The position numbers were made by a program, and so were the translations under genes. This document shows positions 19,944 to 30,588 of a stretch of 64,000 bases of DNA, in pieces (within the stretch, counting starts at the first letter, position 1; the number at the start of each line of letters is the position of its first letter). Below the pieces are notes generated by a model that was given only the letters and a program-made list of their open reading frames with translations, made no database searches and was not told the origin of the DNA. Origin of the DNA: an uncultured Ignavibacteriales bacterium (GTDB lineage: Bacteria > Bacteroidota > Ignavibacteria > Ignavibacteriales > Ignavibacteriaceae); NCBI GenBank assembly GCA_903929035.1, contig CAIYTF010000084.1:13938-77937 (forward strand), read 5' to 3'.

Positions 19944-20939
19944 ATGAAAGTATATTATGAAGCAGATGCAAATTTAGATTTGCTCAAAGATAAAAAAATC
20001 GCGGTACTTGGCTATGGAAGCCAAGGGCACGCGCATAGTTTGAATTTAAAAGACAGCGGCATTCCTGTAGTTGTCGGATTAAGAAAAGATTCACTTTCTT
20101 GGAAAAAAGCTGAAGACGCGGGTCTGACCGTGAAAACAGTTGCCGAGGCTTCTGAATGGGCGAACGTGATAATGCTCTTACTGCCTGACCAGAATCAGAA
20201 ATCTATTTATGATGCTGAAGTTGCGCCATATTTGAAATCGGGAGATACACTCGCTTTCGGTCACGGGTTCAATATTCACTATAAACAAATTATTCCTCCA
20301 GCGGATGTTAACGTGATGATGATCGCGCCTAAAAGCCCCGGGCATTTAGTGCGAAGAACATATCAGCAGGGAAGCGGTGTCCCTTGTTTGATTGCAATAA
20401 ATCAAGACCCTTCAGGCGCAACTAAAGATTTAGCTCTCGCTTGGGCAAAAGGCATTGGCGGTGCAAAAGCAGGTGTTATTGAAACAAACTTTAAAGATGA
20501 AACTGAAACCGATTTATTCGGTGAGCAGGCTGTTTTATGCGGCGGCTCTGCCGAGCTTATTAAGATGGGTTTCGAGACTTTGGTTGAAGCTGGCTATCCA
20601 CCTGAATTAGCGTATTTCGAGTGTATGCACGAGATGAAACTTATTGTTGATTTATATTATGAAGGCGGACTCTCACGTATGAATTATTCTGTAAGCGATA
20701 CTGCAGAATACGGCGGAATGACACGCGGACCAAGAGTTGTAACGCAAGCAGCAAAACAGGAAATGAAAAAAATTCTGACTGAAGTTCAAGATGGAACTTT
20801 CGCGAGAGAATGGCTTGCTGAATATAACGCGGGACAGCCTAATATGAACCAATTGCGCAAAGCAAACAAAGAACACCCGATCGAAGTCGTTGGAGCAAAA
20901 CTCCGCGGTATGATGAGCTGGCTGTTCAAGAAAGATTAA
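19944..20939 (+). CDS. ilvC: Ketol-acid reductoisomerase
   Basis: [28 protein letters not shown]. Confidence 0.97.
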   Translation: MKVYYEADANLDLLKDKKIAVLGYGSQGHAHSLNLKDSGIPVVVGLRKDSLSWKKAEDAGLTVKTVAEASEWANVIMLLLPDQNQKSIYDAEVAPYLKSGDTLAFGHGFNIHYKQIIPPADVNVMMIAPKSPGHLVRRTYQQGSGVPCLIAINQDPSGATKDLALAWAKGIGGAKAGVIETNFKDETETDLFGEQAVLCGGSAELIKMGFETLVEAGYPPELAYFECMHEMKLIVDLYYEGGLSRMNYSVSDTAEYGGMTRGPRVVTQAAKQEMKKILTEVQDGTFAREWLAEYNAGQPNMNQLRKANKEHPIEVVGAKLRGMMSWLFKKD

Positions 20940-20950
20940 CCGCGATAACT

Positions 20951-22021
20951 ATGGAACATAAAAAAATTACACTTCTGCCCGGTGACGGAATCGGGCAGGA
21001 GGTGACCCGCTCTGCAGTTCAGGTAATGAAAGCTGCTGCACAATTTAGCGGTATTGAATTTGAATTTCAGGAATGTTTAATGGGCGGCTGTTCTTATGAT
21101 GCACACGGCATACCATTAACAGATGAAACTCTGCAAGTTTGTTTCAATTCCGATGCCGTATTTTTAGGTGCAGTCGGCGGATACAAATGGGAAACACTTC
21201 CTCATCATCTTAAACCAGAAGCCGCGTTGCTGAAGCTGAGAAAAGAATTAGGGCTTTATACAAACATACGTCCCGCGAAAGTCTATGAACCTTTAATAGA
21301 TGCTTCCACTTTAAAGAGAAGCGTTGTCGCGGGAGTTGATTTTGTCGTTCTTCGCGAATTAACCGGCGGTATATATTTTGGTACACCGCGCGGGATGACT
21401 GCCGAAAGCGGATGGAATACTATGGTATATGCCAAAGAAGAAGTCGAACGAATTGCCCGTATGGGCTTTGAAATTGCCCGTAAAAGGAATGGACGCGTAA
21501 CTTCCGTGGACAAAGCAAATGTGCTGGAAGTATCTCAATTTTGGCGTAATGTTGTTCACGAAGTTCATAAAGATTACCAAGATGTGCAGCTCTCTGATAT
21601 GTATGTTGATAATGCGGCAATGCAGATAGTCCGCGATCCAAAACAGTTTGATGTTTTGTTAACTTCAAATTTATTTGGTGATATTCTCAGTGATATAGCC
21701 GGTATGATTACCGGCAGTCTCGGTATGTTACCCTCTGCAAGCATAGGAGCAAAATATTCACTCTATGAGCCGGTACACGGAAGTGCCCCTGACATTGCCG
21801 GACAGAAGAAAGCAAATCCGCTCGCGGCAATATCTTCTGTAGCGATGATGTTTGCATATACTTTTAATTTAAAGAAAACATCTGATTTGATTGAATCGGC
21901 AATAGATAAAACACTTGCTGACGGACTAAGAACGCCTGATATATTTTCTGAAGGCTGTAAATTGGTTACAACGGATGAAATGACGGATGCGGTTATAGGT
22001 AATTTGAACAAGGTACTCTGA
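20951..22021 (+). CDS. leuB: 3-isopropylmalate dehydrogenase
   Basis: PGDGIG, RELTGGIYFG, NLFGDILSD, EPVHGSAPDIAG. Confidence 0.96.
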   Translation: MEHKKITLLPGDGIGQEVTRSAVQVMKAAAQFSGIEFEFQECLMGGCSYDAHGIPLTDETLQVCFNSDAVFLGAVGGYKWETLPHHLKPEAALLKLRKELGLYTNIRPAKVYEPLIDASTLKRSVVAGVDFVVLRELTGGIYFGTPRGMTAESGWNTMVYAKEEVERIARMGFEIARKRNGRVTSVDKANVLEVSQFWRNVVHEVHKDYQDVQLSDMYVDNAAMQIVRDPKQFDVLLTSNLFGDILSDIAGMITGSLGMLPSASIGAKYSLYEPVHGSAPDIAGQKKANPLAAISSVAMMFAYTFNLKKTSDLIESAIDKTLADGLRTPDIFSEGCKLVTTDEMTDAVIGNLNKVL

Positions 22022-22032
22022 GAATTCTTAAA

Positions 22033-22092
22033 GAGTTCAATACTGAATAACCCCGGTTTTACCCACGGTTATTTAGATTTAGCCCTACGGGC
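22033..22092. repeat. Degenerate REP-like palindrome
   Basis: CTGAATAACC...GGTTATTTAG inverted repeat followed by GCCCTACGGGC. Confidence 0.45.
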
Positions 22093-22148
22093 AATATGAA
22101 TTGATAGAAAAAGTAATGACAATAATATTTATACAGTAAAGGCGCGAA

Positions 22149-23741
22149 ATGAAAGACAAGATTTATATATTTGATACAACATTGCGTGACGGCGAGCAGT
22201 CGCCGGGCGCATCATTGAATGTTTATGAAAAATTGGAAATCGCGCGGCAGCTATCGAAACTTAATGTTGATATTATTGAAGCAGGATTTCCTGTTTCATC
22301 GCCAACGCAATTTGAGGCGGTGCAGCGCATCGCGGATGAGTCCGATAAAATAATTGCCGGACTTTCACGCGCGAAGGAAGTTGATATAAAGAGTGCTTAC
22401 GAAGCGTTGCGAAATGCGAAGCACCCGCGTATTCACACCTTTTCAAGCACTTCCGATATTCATATTCTCGGCAAGTTCGGCGATGCCAAATATGGCGTGT
22501 CGCTTGCAGATAAACGTAAAACGATTTTGGAGATGTCATATCAAGCGGTTGCTTATGCCCGTACTTTGGTTGAGGATGTTGAATTTTCCGCTGAAGATGC
22601 TGGAAGGACCGATATAGGATATCTTTCGGATGTCATAGAGACTGCAATCTCCGCAGGTGCGCGAACAGTGAATATTCCCGATACAACAGGTTATACTCAT
22701 CCTACTGAATATGGAAATTTAATTGCCGAATTAAAAAAACGTGTCAAAAATATTGATCAGGCTATTATCAGCGTGCATTGTCACAACGATTTGGGATTGG
22801 CAATCGCTAACTCTCTCTTCGCGGTACATCAAGGAGCGCGTCAGGTAGAATGCACAATTAACGGTATCGGTGAGCGCGCGGGCAACGCGTCACTTGAAGA
22901 ATTTGTGATGGCATTAAAAACCAGACAAGATATATGTGATTTCTATACAGATATTGAAATCAGCGAAATATTTAACACAAGCCGTATGGTGTCCGGGTTT
23001 ACCGGAGTTGTGGTGCAGCCGAACAAAGCCATTGTCGGTGAGAACGCTTTTGCTCACGAATCAGGCATTCATCAGGATGGAATGTTAAAGAATAAGCAAA
23101 CGTATGAAATAATGACTCCCGAATCTGTCGGTGTGACGAAAACAAAAATGGTTTTGGGAAGACACTCGGGACGGCACGGGCTGAAAGAGCGGTTGAAAGA
23201 ATTGGGATATCACCCTGAAGAAAGCGAACTGCAAAAAATATATGAATCATTTCTTTTACTTGCCGATAAGAAAAAAGAAATATTCGATGATGACTTGCGT
23301 ATGCTGATGGGTGATGAAATCCATAAACAACGTGAGTTGTTTGAATTGCAATATTTGAGTGTCAATTCGGGAACGGATGCAATCCCAACAGCAACAATTG
23401 CACTTAAATACGATGGAAAACTTATAAAAGAATCTTCTACCGGTGATGGTCCTGTTGACGCGTGTTTCAACGCGATAGAAAGAGTACTGCAAATTAAACC
23501 CGCGGTTGAATCGTACCTTGTCCGATCGGTAACATCAGGCAGGCAAGCAATGGGAGAGGCAATAGTACGTATCCGTCCCAACGGTGACTTGTCTTTCACA
23601 GGGCGCGGGCTTTCTACTGATATTATTGAAGCAAGCGCGAAAGCATATTTGCAGGCAATTAATCAGTACCACGTGTATCGTCACGCGGAAATAAAAATTG
23701 AAGACGATAAATTAGTAATTAGCGAATTGAAAGGAATATAA
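22149..23741 (+). CDS. leuA: 2-isopropylmalate synthase
   Basis: DTTLRDGEQSPG, HCHNDLG, GERAGN, HESGIHQDG; C-terminal regulatory domain. Confidence 0.96.
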   Translation: MKDKIYIFDTTLRDGEQSPGASLNVYEKLEIARQLSKLNVDIIEAGFPVSSPTQFEAVQRIADESDKIIAGLSRAKEVDIKSAYEALRNAKHPRIHTFSSTSDIHILGKFGDAKYGVSLADKRKTILEMSYQAVAYARTLVEDVEFSAEDAGRTDIGYLSDVIETAISAGARTVNIPDTTGYTHPTEYGNLIAELKKRVKNIDQAIISVHCHNDLGLAIANSLFAVHQGARQVECTINGIGERAGNASLEEFVMALKTRQDICDFYTDIEISEIFNTSRMVSGFTGVVVQPNKAIVGENAFAHESGIHQDGMLKNKQTYEIMTPESVGVTKTKMVLGRHSGRHGLKERLKELGYHPEESELQKIYESFLLLADKKKEIFDDDLRMLMGDEIHKQRELFELQYLSVNSGTDAIPTATIALKYDGKLIKESSTGDGPVDACFNAIERVLQIKPAVESYLVRSVTSGRQAMGEAIVRIRPNGDLSFTGRGLSTDIIEASAKAYLQAINQYHVYRHAEIKIEDDKLVISELKGI

Positions 23742-25037
23742 ATGGGACTTACCATAACTGAAAAAATATTGGCTAAAGCGTCCGGTAAAAAAGGTTTAAT
23801 ACCGGGCGAAAGTATTTGGGTTAATGTTGATATATTGATGACACACGATGTATGCGGACCGCCTACAATAGCGATTTGGAAAAAAGAATTTGCCGATAAA
23901 GCTAAAGTTTGGGATAAAGACAAATTAGTCATTTTCCCTGATCACTATATTTTCACGAGCAATGTTCACGCGAACAGAAACGTGGATTTACTTCGTCAGT
24001 TTGCTAAGGAGCAGAACCTGCCGAATTATTATGATGTCGGTACTGAAAGATATAAAGGCGTTTGTCATATTGCATTGGCTGAAGAAGGCTATAACGTGCC
24101 GGGTACGGTCTTGTTTGGCACAGATTCGCATACTTGCACTTCGGGTGCGTTCGGAATGTTTTCCACGGGAGTTGGTAATACCGATGCCGCGTACATTTTG
24201 GGCACGGGTACAATCTGGGAAAAAGTTCCCGAGTCTATGAAATTTACTTTCAATGGTAAAATGCCTGAATATCTGACAGCAAAAGATTTGATACTGCATA
24301 TACTTGGCGATATCACTACAGATGGAGCTACATATCGGGCGATGGAGTTTGACGGAGAAGCTATCTCCAGAATGAATATGTATGAACGAATGACATTGAC
24401 AAATATGGCGATTGAAGCTGGCGGAATGAACGGTGTTATTGCAGTCGATGATGTAACCCGCGAATATCTGCGTGATATAGGAGTCACTGAATATGATGAG
24501 TTTACGAGTGATACGGATGCGAATTACATCTCATCATATTCTTATGATGTCACAAAAATGGAGCCGACTGTTGCGAAGCCTCATAGTCCGGATAATCGTG
24601 ATACCGTTCGTAATGTTGAAAGAACAAAATTAACGAAATGTTATATAGGTTCCTGCACAGGCGGCAAAATCACGGATTTCCAATTTGCGGCGAAAATATT
24701 GTATGGCAATAAAGTGCAGGTTCCCACGTTTATTGTACCTGCAAGTCCTTCCGTTGCAAAGCAATTGGAAAAAGAAACATTTTCAGGCAGAACACTTAAA
24801 GAAATTTTCGTGAACGCGGGCTGCATAGTAGCAGAATCCTCTTGTGCAGCCTGCCTTGGCGGACCATCTGATACTGTGGGAAGAAGCTCCGATGGCGATG
24901 TCGTGATTTCCACCACGAACAGAAATTTTCCGGGCAGAATGGGCAGCAAACAATCGGAAGTGTATCTTGCTTCACCATTAACTGTAGCGGCATCCGCGAT
25001 AACAGGTGTTATCACGGACCCGAGAAAATTTATATAA
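23742..25037 (+). CDS. leuC: 3-isopropylmalate dehydratase large subunit
   Basis: GTDSHTCT, IGSCTGG, CAACLGG, STTNRNFPGRMG. Confidence 0.93.
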   Translation: MGLTITEKILAKASGKKGLIPGESIWVNVDILMTHDVCGPPTIAIWKKEFADKAKVWDKDKLVIFPDHYIFTSNVHANRNVDLLRQFAKEQNLPNYYDVGTERYKGVCHIALAEEGYNVPGTVLFGTDSHTCTSGAFGMFSTGVGNTDAAYILGTGTIWEKVPESMKFTFNGKMPEYLTAKDLILHILGDITTDGATYRAMEFDGEAISRMNMYERMTLTNMAIEAGGMNGVIAVDDVTREYLRDIGVTEYDEFTSDTDANYISSYSYDVTKMEPTVAKPHSPDNRDTVRNVERTKLTKCYIGSCTGGKITDFQFAAKILYGNKVQVPTFIVPASPSVAKQLEKETFSGRTLKEIFVNAGCIVAESSCAACLGGPSDTVGRSSDGDVVISTTNRNFPGRMGSKQSEVYLASPLTVAASAITGVITDPRKFI

Positions 25038-25099
25038 TAATTGTTAGGGTGTACTACAATTTTTTTTGGAAATAAAGAATTATAAGAAAGTAAATATTA

Positions 25100-25657
25100 A
25101 TGGTAGATAAAATAATCGGTAAAGCGTATGTGCTTGGTGATAATATTGACACGGATCAGATTATTCCCGCGGAACATTTAGTTTATAGCACGAGCGACCC
25201 TGAAGAATTAAAGAAATACGGGCACTTTGCTCTTTCCAGTGTTCCTCAGGATAAAGCCGGATTGCCTCAAGGCAACACGCCTTTTATTATAGGCGACAAC
25301 CATCTTTCTGAATATTCCGTGATAATCGGCGGTTCAAATTTTGGGTGCGGTTCATCAAGAGAACACGCCCCTTTAGCACTTCAAGTTGCAGGTGTGAAAG
25401 TAGTAATTGCAGAATCTTACGCGCGGATTTTCTTCCGTAATTCGGTTGACGGCGGATTTTTAGTTCCGTTTGATTCAATAGACAAACTTAATTTGGTAAT
25501 CAAGACAGGCGATACAGTAGAAGTTGATTTGACTACAAACAGTATCACGAATAAAACCACCGGTGTTGAATACAAACTTAAACCGTTGGGCAGTGTCTAT
25601 GATATAGTTAAAAGCGGCGGTTTATTTAACTACGCCCGCGAGAATAAACTTATCTGA
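25100..25657 (+). CDS. leuD: 3-isopropylmalate dehydratase small subunit
   Basis: DNIDTDQIIP, NFGCGSSREHA, SYARIFFRN. Confidence 0.93.
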   Translation: MVDKIIGKAYVLGDNIDTDQIIPAEHLVYSTSDPEELKKYGHFALSSVPQDKAGLPQGNTPFIIGDNHLSEYSVIIGGSNFGCGSSREHAPLALQVAGVKVVIAESYARIFFRNSVDGGFLVPFDSIDKLNLVIKTGDTVEVDLTTNSITNKTTGVEYKLKPLGSVYDIVKSGGLFNYARENKLI

Positions 25658-25673
25658 TGACTACTAACACGAA

Positions 25674-25756
25674 GGGCGCGTTCATATAGAAACTTTTTCA
25701 CGCGAAGACCGCGATGATTTTTGCTAAGACTTAATTAACTTCTAAAATGAATGGAC
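25674..25756 (+). repeat. Small repeat related to the MITE (TCACGCGAAGACCGCGA core)
   Basis: Core motif at 25698-25714; ends GGAC|TAA like the MITE; imperfect terminal inverted repeat. Confidence 0.5.
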
Positions 25757-25760
25757 TAAG

Positions 25761-27347
25761 ATGGAACAGAGAGTGATTGAATTATTCGATACGACATTGC
25801 GCGATGGCACGCAGGGCGAGGCTGTCACTTTGACGGTACGCGACAAACTTATGATTGCTCACAGGTTAGATGAATTTGGTATTGATATAATCGAAGGCGG
25901 CTGGCCAGGCAGTAATCCACGCGATGAAGATTTTTTTCGTGAAATTAGAAAGACATCGCTTTCTCGTGCCCGAATGTGCGCGTTTGGTTCAACCGCGAGA
26001 TTTCCTGACAAAGTTGAGAGTGACGGCAATTTAAACGCTCTGTTAAAATCGGAAACTCCTATCGTGTCAATATTCGGGAAAACCTGGAAATTTCACGCGA
26101 TAACAGGATTAGGATTAACACTTGAGGAAAATGAATCATTAATATATCAATCGGTTAAGTTCTTAAAAGATCGCGGACGAATGGTGGTATTTGACGCGGA
26201 ACATTTTTTTGATGGCTACAGGGACGATTCTAAATTTGCAATACAAATGCTGATGGCAGCACAATCAGCGGGCGCGGATATAATTACATTATGCGATACG
26301 AACGGCGGTTCGCTTCCAAATCAAATTAGGGACGCGGTGCTTGAAGTAAAATCGGTTATTAGTAAGCCTATCGGTATTCACGCTCATAACGATGGCGATT
26401 TGGCAGTAGCCAATTCTATTACCGCGATTGAAGCCGGAGCCTCGCACGTGCAAGGAACTATTAACGGGATAGGGGAGCGTTGCGGAAATGCAAATCTTAT
26501 AAGCATTATTCCGAATTTGCTGTTGAAGTTAGGAATGAAAACCGCCCAAGAAATTCAGCTTGAAAATCTGACATCGCTTGCCAATTTTGTTTACGAGATG
26601 ATAAACATAGTACCCAACACGCGGGCAGCTTTTGTCGGCAAATCCGCTTTCGCGCATAAGGGCGGCATTCACGTGAGCGCGGTACTCAAAGACAGTATGA
26701 TGTATGAACATATTACTCCTGAATCAGTCGGCAATGCACAGCGGGTTTTGGTTTCGGATTTGTCCGGTCAGAGTAATATAAGATATAAAGCCCGCGAGCT
26801 TGGAGTTGAAGTGTCGGAAAACCCTGATTTTAATAAAAAGTTAGTTGAGCATATTAAATCGTTGGAGTTTGAAGGCTATCAGTTTGACGGAGCGGAAGCA
26901 TCATTTGAATTGATACTGCGTTCGGAGAATGAAGAATTTGCACCATTCTTTAGGACCTTAGATTCAAAAGTATATGTTTTTTTTAATCTTCAGAAACACG
27001 AAAAATCAGAAGCTGTATTAAAAATTGAAGTAAATGGCGAGATTGAGCATACCGCGGCTGAAGGAAACGGACCTGTCAACGCCTTGGACAACGCGCTGCG
27101 GAAAGCTTTACAGAGATTTTATCCTGAAATAGCGACAATAAAGTTAGTTGATTACAAAGTGCGAGTTCTAGATGAGCAAGATGGGACAACCGCGAAAGTT
27201 CGGGTACTAATATCCTCGAGTGCCGGTGCCGATACTTGGACAACGGTTGGTGTTTCAGAAAATATTATCGAAGCAAGCTGGCAGGCATTGAGTGACAGTA
27301 TTAATTATCGTTTGTTTAAAGTGAGAAACGATAAAGTTTCGCGATGA
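25761..27347 (+). CDS. cimA: Citramalate synthase
   Basis: DTTLRDGTQGE, IEGGWPGSNP, FDAEHFFDG, HKGGIH, VSDLSG motifs distinguish CimA from LeuA. Confidence 0.93.
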   Translation: MEQRVIELFDTTLRDGTQGEAVTLTVRDKLMIAHRLDEFGIDIIEGGWPGSNPRDEDFFREIRKTSLSRARMCAFGSTARFPDKVESDGNLNALLKSETPIVSIFGKTWKFHAITGLGLTLEENESLIYQSVKFLKDRGRMVVFDAEHFFDGYRDDSKFAIQMLMAAQSAGADIITLCDTNGGSLPNQIRDAVLEVKSVISKPIGIHAHNDGDLAVANSITAIEAGASHVQGTINGIGERCGNANLISIIPNLLLKLGMKTAQEIQLENLTSLANFVYEMINIVPNTRAAFVGKSAFAHKGGIHVSAVLKDSMMYEHITPESVGNAQRVLVSDLSGQSNIRYKARELGVEVSENPDFNKKLVEHIKSLEFEGYQFDGAEASFELILRSENEEFAPFFRTLDSKVYVFFNLQKHEKSEAVLKIEVNGEIEHTAAEGNGPVNALDNALRKALQRFYPEIATIKLVDYKVRVLDEQDGTTAKVRVLISSSAGADTWTTVGVSENIIEASWQALSDSINYRLFKVRNDKVSR

Positions 27348-27386
27348 TGCGGAAGACTTTTATTGTTTTCTATAAATCTAATGTAG

Positions 27387-27443
27387 CGATTATATCTTGC
27401 AATCACCGGTAATAAAATATTTCAGATAGACCCGTTAAAGTAG
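27387..27443 (+). pseudogene. C-terminal remnant of a DUF4160-like gene
   Basis: Start-less frame RLYLAITGNKIFQIDPLK* ending 7 nt before DUF2442; resembles DUF4160 C-termini. Confidence 0.55.
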
Positions 27444-27450
27444 ATGTAGT

Positions 27451-27705
27451 ATGAACCCGCGAGTAAATAATGTTGAACCGCTTCCGGATTATAGACTGAA
27501 ATTATTCTTTTCTAACGGGGAGATTAAAATTATGGATGTATCGAGGTATCTTGGGATGGGTGACTTTAGCGAATTAAAGGATACATTTGTTTTTAATATA
27601 GTCAAACCGTTTCAGGGCAGCATTCAGTGGAAAAACGGTTTAGACCTTTGCCCCGACTGTTTGTATCTTGAAAGTGTACCGGTGATTGACATAAATTTCG
27701 AATAA
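27451..27705 (+). CDS. DUF2442 domain protein
   Basis: VEPLPDYRLKLFFSNGE...D....F....IQWKNGLDLCPDCLY. Confidence 0.85.
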   Translation: MNPRVNNVEPLPDYRLKLFFSNGEIKIMDVSRYLGMGDFSELKDTFVFNIVKPFQGSIQWKNGLDLCPDCLYLESVPVIDINFE

Positions 27706-27783
27706 GTCCATACATTTGGCCGGAATAGATAGCCGTGGATACATATCAATACAACGGGTTATTTCTTATCAACCCCCGAATAT

Positions 27784-27826
27784 AAAAAACCCCGATCGCT
27801 ACAAGTGCTCTCGGGGTTCGTTTTTT
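27784..27826. terminator. Bidirectional terminator-like hairpin
   Basis: AAAAAACCCCGA-loop-TCGGGGTTCGTTTTTT between convergent genes. Confidence 0.65.
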
Positions 27827-27879
27827 ATTATTATTTGGCTAAAAAGAGTCTCCTTTTTCAGGGATGACTCGACAAATTA

Positions 27880-28224
27880 CTATAGCTTAACTGCTTCGAT
27901 GCCGGTTTCGCCCGTTCGGATTCGATAGCTTTGTTCAACATCGAACACGAATACTTTTCCATCACCGATTTCGCCGGTTCTCGCGGAAGCTATGATTGCT
28001 TTTACCGCTTTATCGACCATTTCATCGTTACACACGACTTCTATGCGCCATTTCGACCAGTAGTTAATCATATGCTTTGTTCCGCGATACACTTCTTCGT
28101 GACCTTTTTGTCTGCCGTAGCCGCGTGTTTCGGAAACGCTATGACCTTTTAGACCGAGATCGTATAGCGAGTGCAGAACCTCATCGAGCTTGTATAGTCT
28201 TATAATCGCTTCTATTTTTTTCAT
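27880..28224 (-). CDS. glnK: P-II family nitrogen regulator (GlnK-like)
   Basis: MKKIEAIIR, GYGRQKG, ARTGEIGDGKVF, RIRTGE; downstream of amtB. Confidence 0.9.
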   Translation of the reverse strand: MKKIEAIIRLYKLDEVLHSLYDLGLKGHSVSETRGYGRQKGHEEVYRGTKHMINYWSKWRIEVVCNDEMVDKAVKAIIASARTGEIGDGKVFVFDVEQSYRIRTGETGIEAVKL

Positions 28225-28252
28225 TGAGATTGCCTTTATTTATTATTCTGAT

Positions 28253-28981
28253 TTATAAACTAATACCAACTACATAGAATAGTTTTTCAGATGCGGGATT
28301 CAAGATAATCTGGCTGAAAATCGGGAAACTGAAACTATCTGTTATTTTGACGGTTTTTGAAGCTTTAAATCCGACATTGATAAAACCGAAATTATCAATG
28401 CCATAGCTATTACCTTTATCACCGGCAGTTGCTCCGGCAAATACGCTCAAGTCAGTTGACTTACATTTTGCAGTATAGCCGGCTTCAAAGTAATTCCCGC
28501 TATATAGGACATTGTAAACGTATATGTTTGCTGTGACATAAATAGGTAAACTTTCCGTTCCTGTATATCCAAGATTCAGTTCAACTGTATGTGCTCCGTT
28601 TGGTTTATTCCAGTTATTAAAGTTTCCGTATCTATTATTTAGCGGTTTACTTGGGTATGTATAATCAGTGAGCCCAATTGAAACTGAAGATGAATTTGCA
28701 AAGGAATATGAGTAACTTGCAAATATATCGATTTCATTTATAGCGGTATCGACCGGATTGGAAATTGGAGTTGAACCCCAGAGTCCAAATGTAAAACCGC
28801 CGTTAGTATATTTAACAGTAGGTTGAAATGCCGGAGCATTCGAACCTGATTCAATGCCGCGCCAGACATACTTGCTGACGATATCGACACTTGTGGAAAT
28901 ATCTTGAGCCATTGCTGATTTAGATAATAGTAAAATCAGAGATACAAGAACAAACAAAGAGAACATTTTTATTGATTTCAT
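28253..28981 (-). CDS. Putative outer-membrane porin (TorF/TIGR02001-like)
   Basis: Signal peptide; SKYVWRG, PAFQP, GLWGS, EIDI motifs. Confidence 0.75.
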   Translation of the reverse strand: MKSIKMFSLFVLVSLILLLSKSAMAQDISTSVDIVSKYVWRGIESGSNAPAFQPTVKYTNGGFTFGLWGSTPISNPVDTAINEIDIFASYSYSFANSSSVSIGLTDYTYPSKPLNNRYGNFNNWNKPNGAHTVELNLGYTGTESLPIYVTANIYVYNVLYSGNYFEAGYTAKCKSTDLSVFAGATAGDKGNSYGIDNFGFINVGFKASKTVKITDSFSFPIFSQIILNPASEKLFYVVGISL

Positions 28982-29049
28982 AAAGAATCACTTTCTATAT
29001 TGATTTAAAAAAAATTATAATTAAGTTACAAAATATTTTTCGGTAAATA

Positions 29050-30588
29050 CTACCTATTTTCAGGACCAAAGGAATTATCATAACCGATAACGCCCATTTC
29101 AGGCATATCCAATCCGTCCATTTCGTCTTGAGCCGGTGTTCTGATACCTCCGAAGAATTTATCTTGGATCTTGAAGAATCCGTACATCATAACAAATACA
29201 AATACGATACAGGTCGCGATACCGATAATTTGAGCAAAGAATTGTCCTGAATCACCGTAGAAAAGTCCTTTAACTGTTCCAGGCACACCATTCCATCCAT
29301 CGCCATAAGCACCATCTGCAAAGAGACCTAATGAAAGAACACCCCAGGCACCATTTACACCGTGTACTGCTATTGCTCCCACCGGATCATCGATCCGCAA
29401 TTTTTGGTCGATGAAAAATACAGCCAAAATTACTAATACTCCGGAGACAGCACCAATAAAGAAAGCTGATTGTGCATTCACGAAAGCGCAAGGAGCAGTG
29501 ATTGCCACCAAGCCTGCAAGCATTCCGTTTGCCATCATACTTGGATCAGGTTTCTTGAATTTCCACATCATATATAGTGTTGCTGTGAATGCTCCTCCGG
29601 CGGATGCAATCATAGTATTCACTGCCACCACGCTAATTCGTAAATCGGTTCCGGCGAGTGTTGAGCCGGGGTTAAACCCGAACCAGCCGAATGCCAAGAT
29701 GAAAGTTCCAACTATTGCCAACGGAATATTGTGACCGGGAATTACATTAGCACTTCCGTCTTTATTGTATTTACCGATACGAGGTCCGATAACAAGTGCT
29801 CCTGCAAGTGCCGCTACACCGCCAACCAAGTGAACTACCGAGGAACCGGCAAAGTCAACCAGACCGTGTCCTAATCCAAAATTTGTTCCTAAACCTGCAA
29901 GCCATCCTCCGCCCCATACCCAGTTGCCAAAAATAGGATATACGAACATCGAAATGAAGAATGCATAGAAAAGAAACGATGTAAATTTCCATCTTTCAGC
30001 CATCGCGCCGGTAGGAATTGTCGCGGTAGTATCCATAAACACCATTTGAAATAAGAATAGGGTGAACACACCAACATCATATACAGATGGGTTGAGGAAA
30101 TATCCGCCATTGCCAATGATACCAAACACTTTCCCAAACAAAGGAATGGTGATTTCGTTGGTTAAGCCCGGGGTTCCGCCTAAAGCGGCAACCGCTCCAA
30201 CTCCGCCAAACATAAAGGCAAAGCCGCAAATCCAGAAGCCAAGTACGCCAATCGCGTAAACCAAGAAGTTCATACCCATTGTATGAGCCACGTTTTTTGC
30301 GCGGGTGAACCCTGTTTCAACGGCGGCAAAACCAGCCTGCATAAACATAACCAAGAATCCGGCAAGAAGCGTCCAGACAAAGTTTATTGATATTTTATTG
30401 TGTCCGACAGCGTTTCCCAACTCTGTCAGTGTTATTGCTCCTTTGGTGGTATCTTTAATGTCCAGAATTGTACCTGTGTTTGCGCCTGTGGGGTCGGTAC
30501 CAGCAAACACATTAGACGGGACAAGAACCATTATTCCCAAAGCGAATAGAGCAAGTAAGAGAATGTACCTTGTTTTTGCGCGTTTCAT
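29050..30588 (-). CDS. amtB: Ammonium transporter
   Basis: FMQAGF, GAMAER, DFAGSSVVH, GWFGFN, DDPVGAIAVHG. Confidence 0.97.
   Translation of the reverse strand: MKRAKTRYILLLALFALGIMVLVPSNVFAGTDPTGANTGTILDIKDTTKGAITLTELGNAVGHNKISINFVWTLLAGFLVMFMQAGFAAVETGFTRAKNVAHTMGMNFLVYAIGVLGFWICGFAFMFGGVGAVAALGGTPGLTNEITIPLFGKVFGIIGNGGYFLNPSVYDVGVFTLFLFQMVFMDTTATIPTGAMAERWKFTSFLFYAFFISMFVYPIFGNWVWGGGWLAGLGTNFGLGHGLVDFAGSSVVHLVGGVAALAGALVIGPRIGKYNKDGSANVIPGHNIPLAIVGTFILAFGWFGFNPGSTLAGTDLRISVVAVNTMIASAGGAFTATLYMMWKFKKPDPSMMANGMLAGLVAITAPCAFVNAQSAFFIGAVSGVLVILAVFFIDQKLRIDDPVGAIAVHGVNGAWGVLSLGLFADGAYGDGWNGVPGTVKGLFYGDSGQFFAQIIGIATCIVFVFVMMYGFFKIQDKFFGGIRTPAQDEMDGLDMPEMGVIGYDNSFGPENR

Noticed and set aside
23742..27347. 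cimA in the ilv-leu operon and the atypical LeuCD type as a novelty
   Set aside because: The citramalate route to isoleucine and this arrangement are already known from Chlorobi-related bacteria
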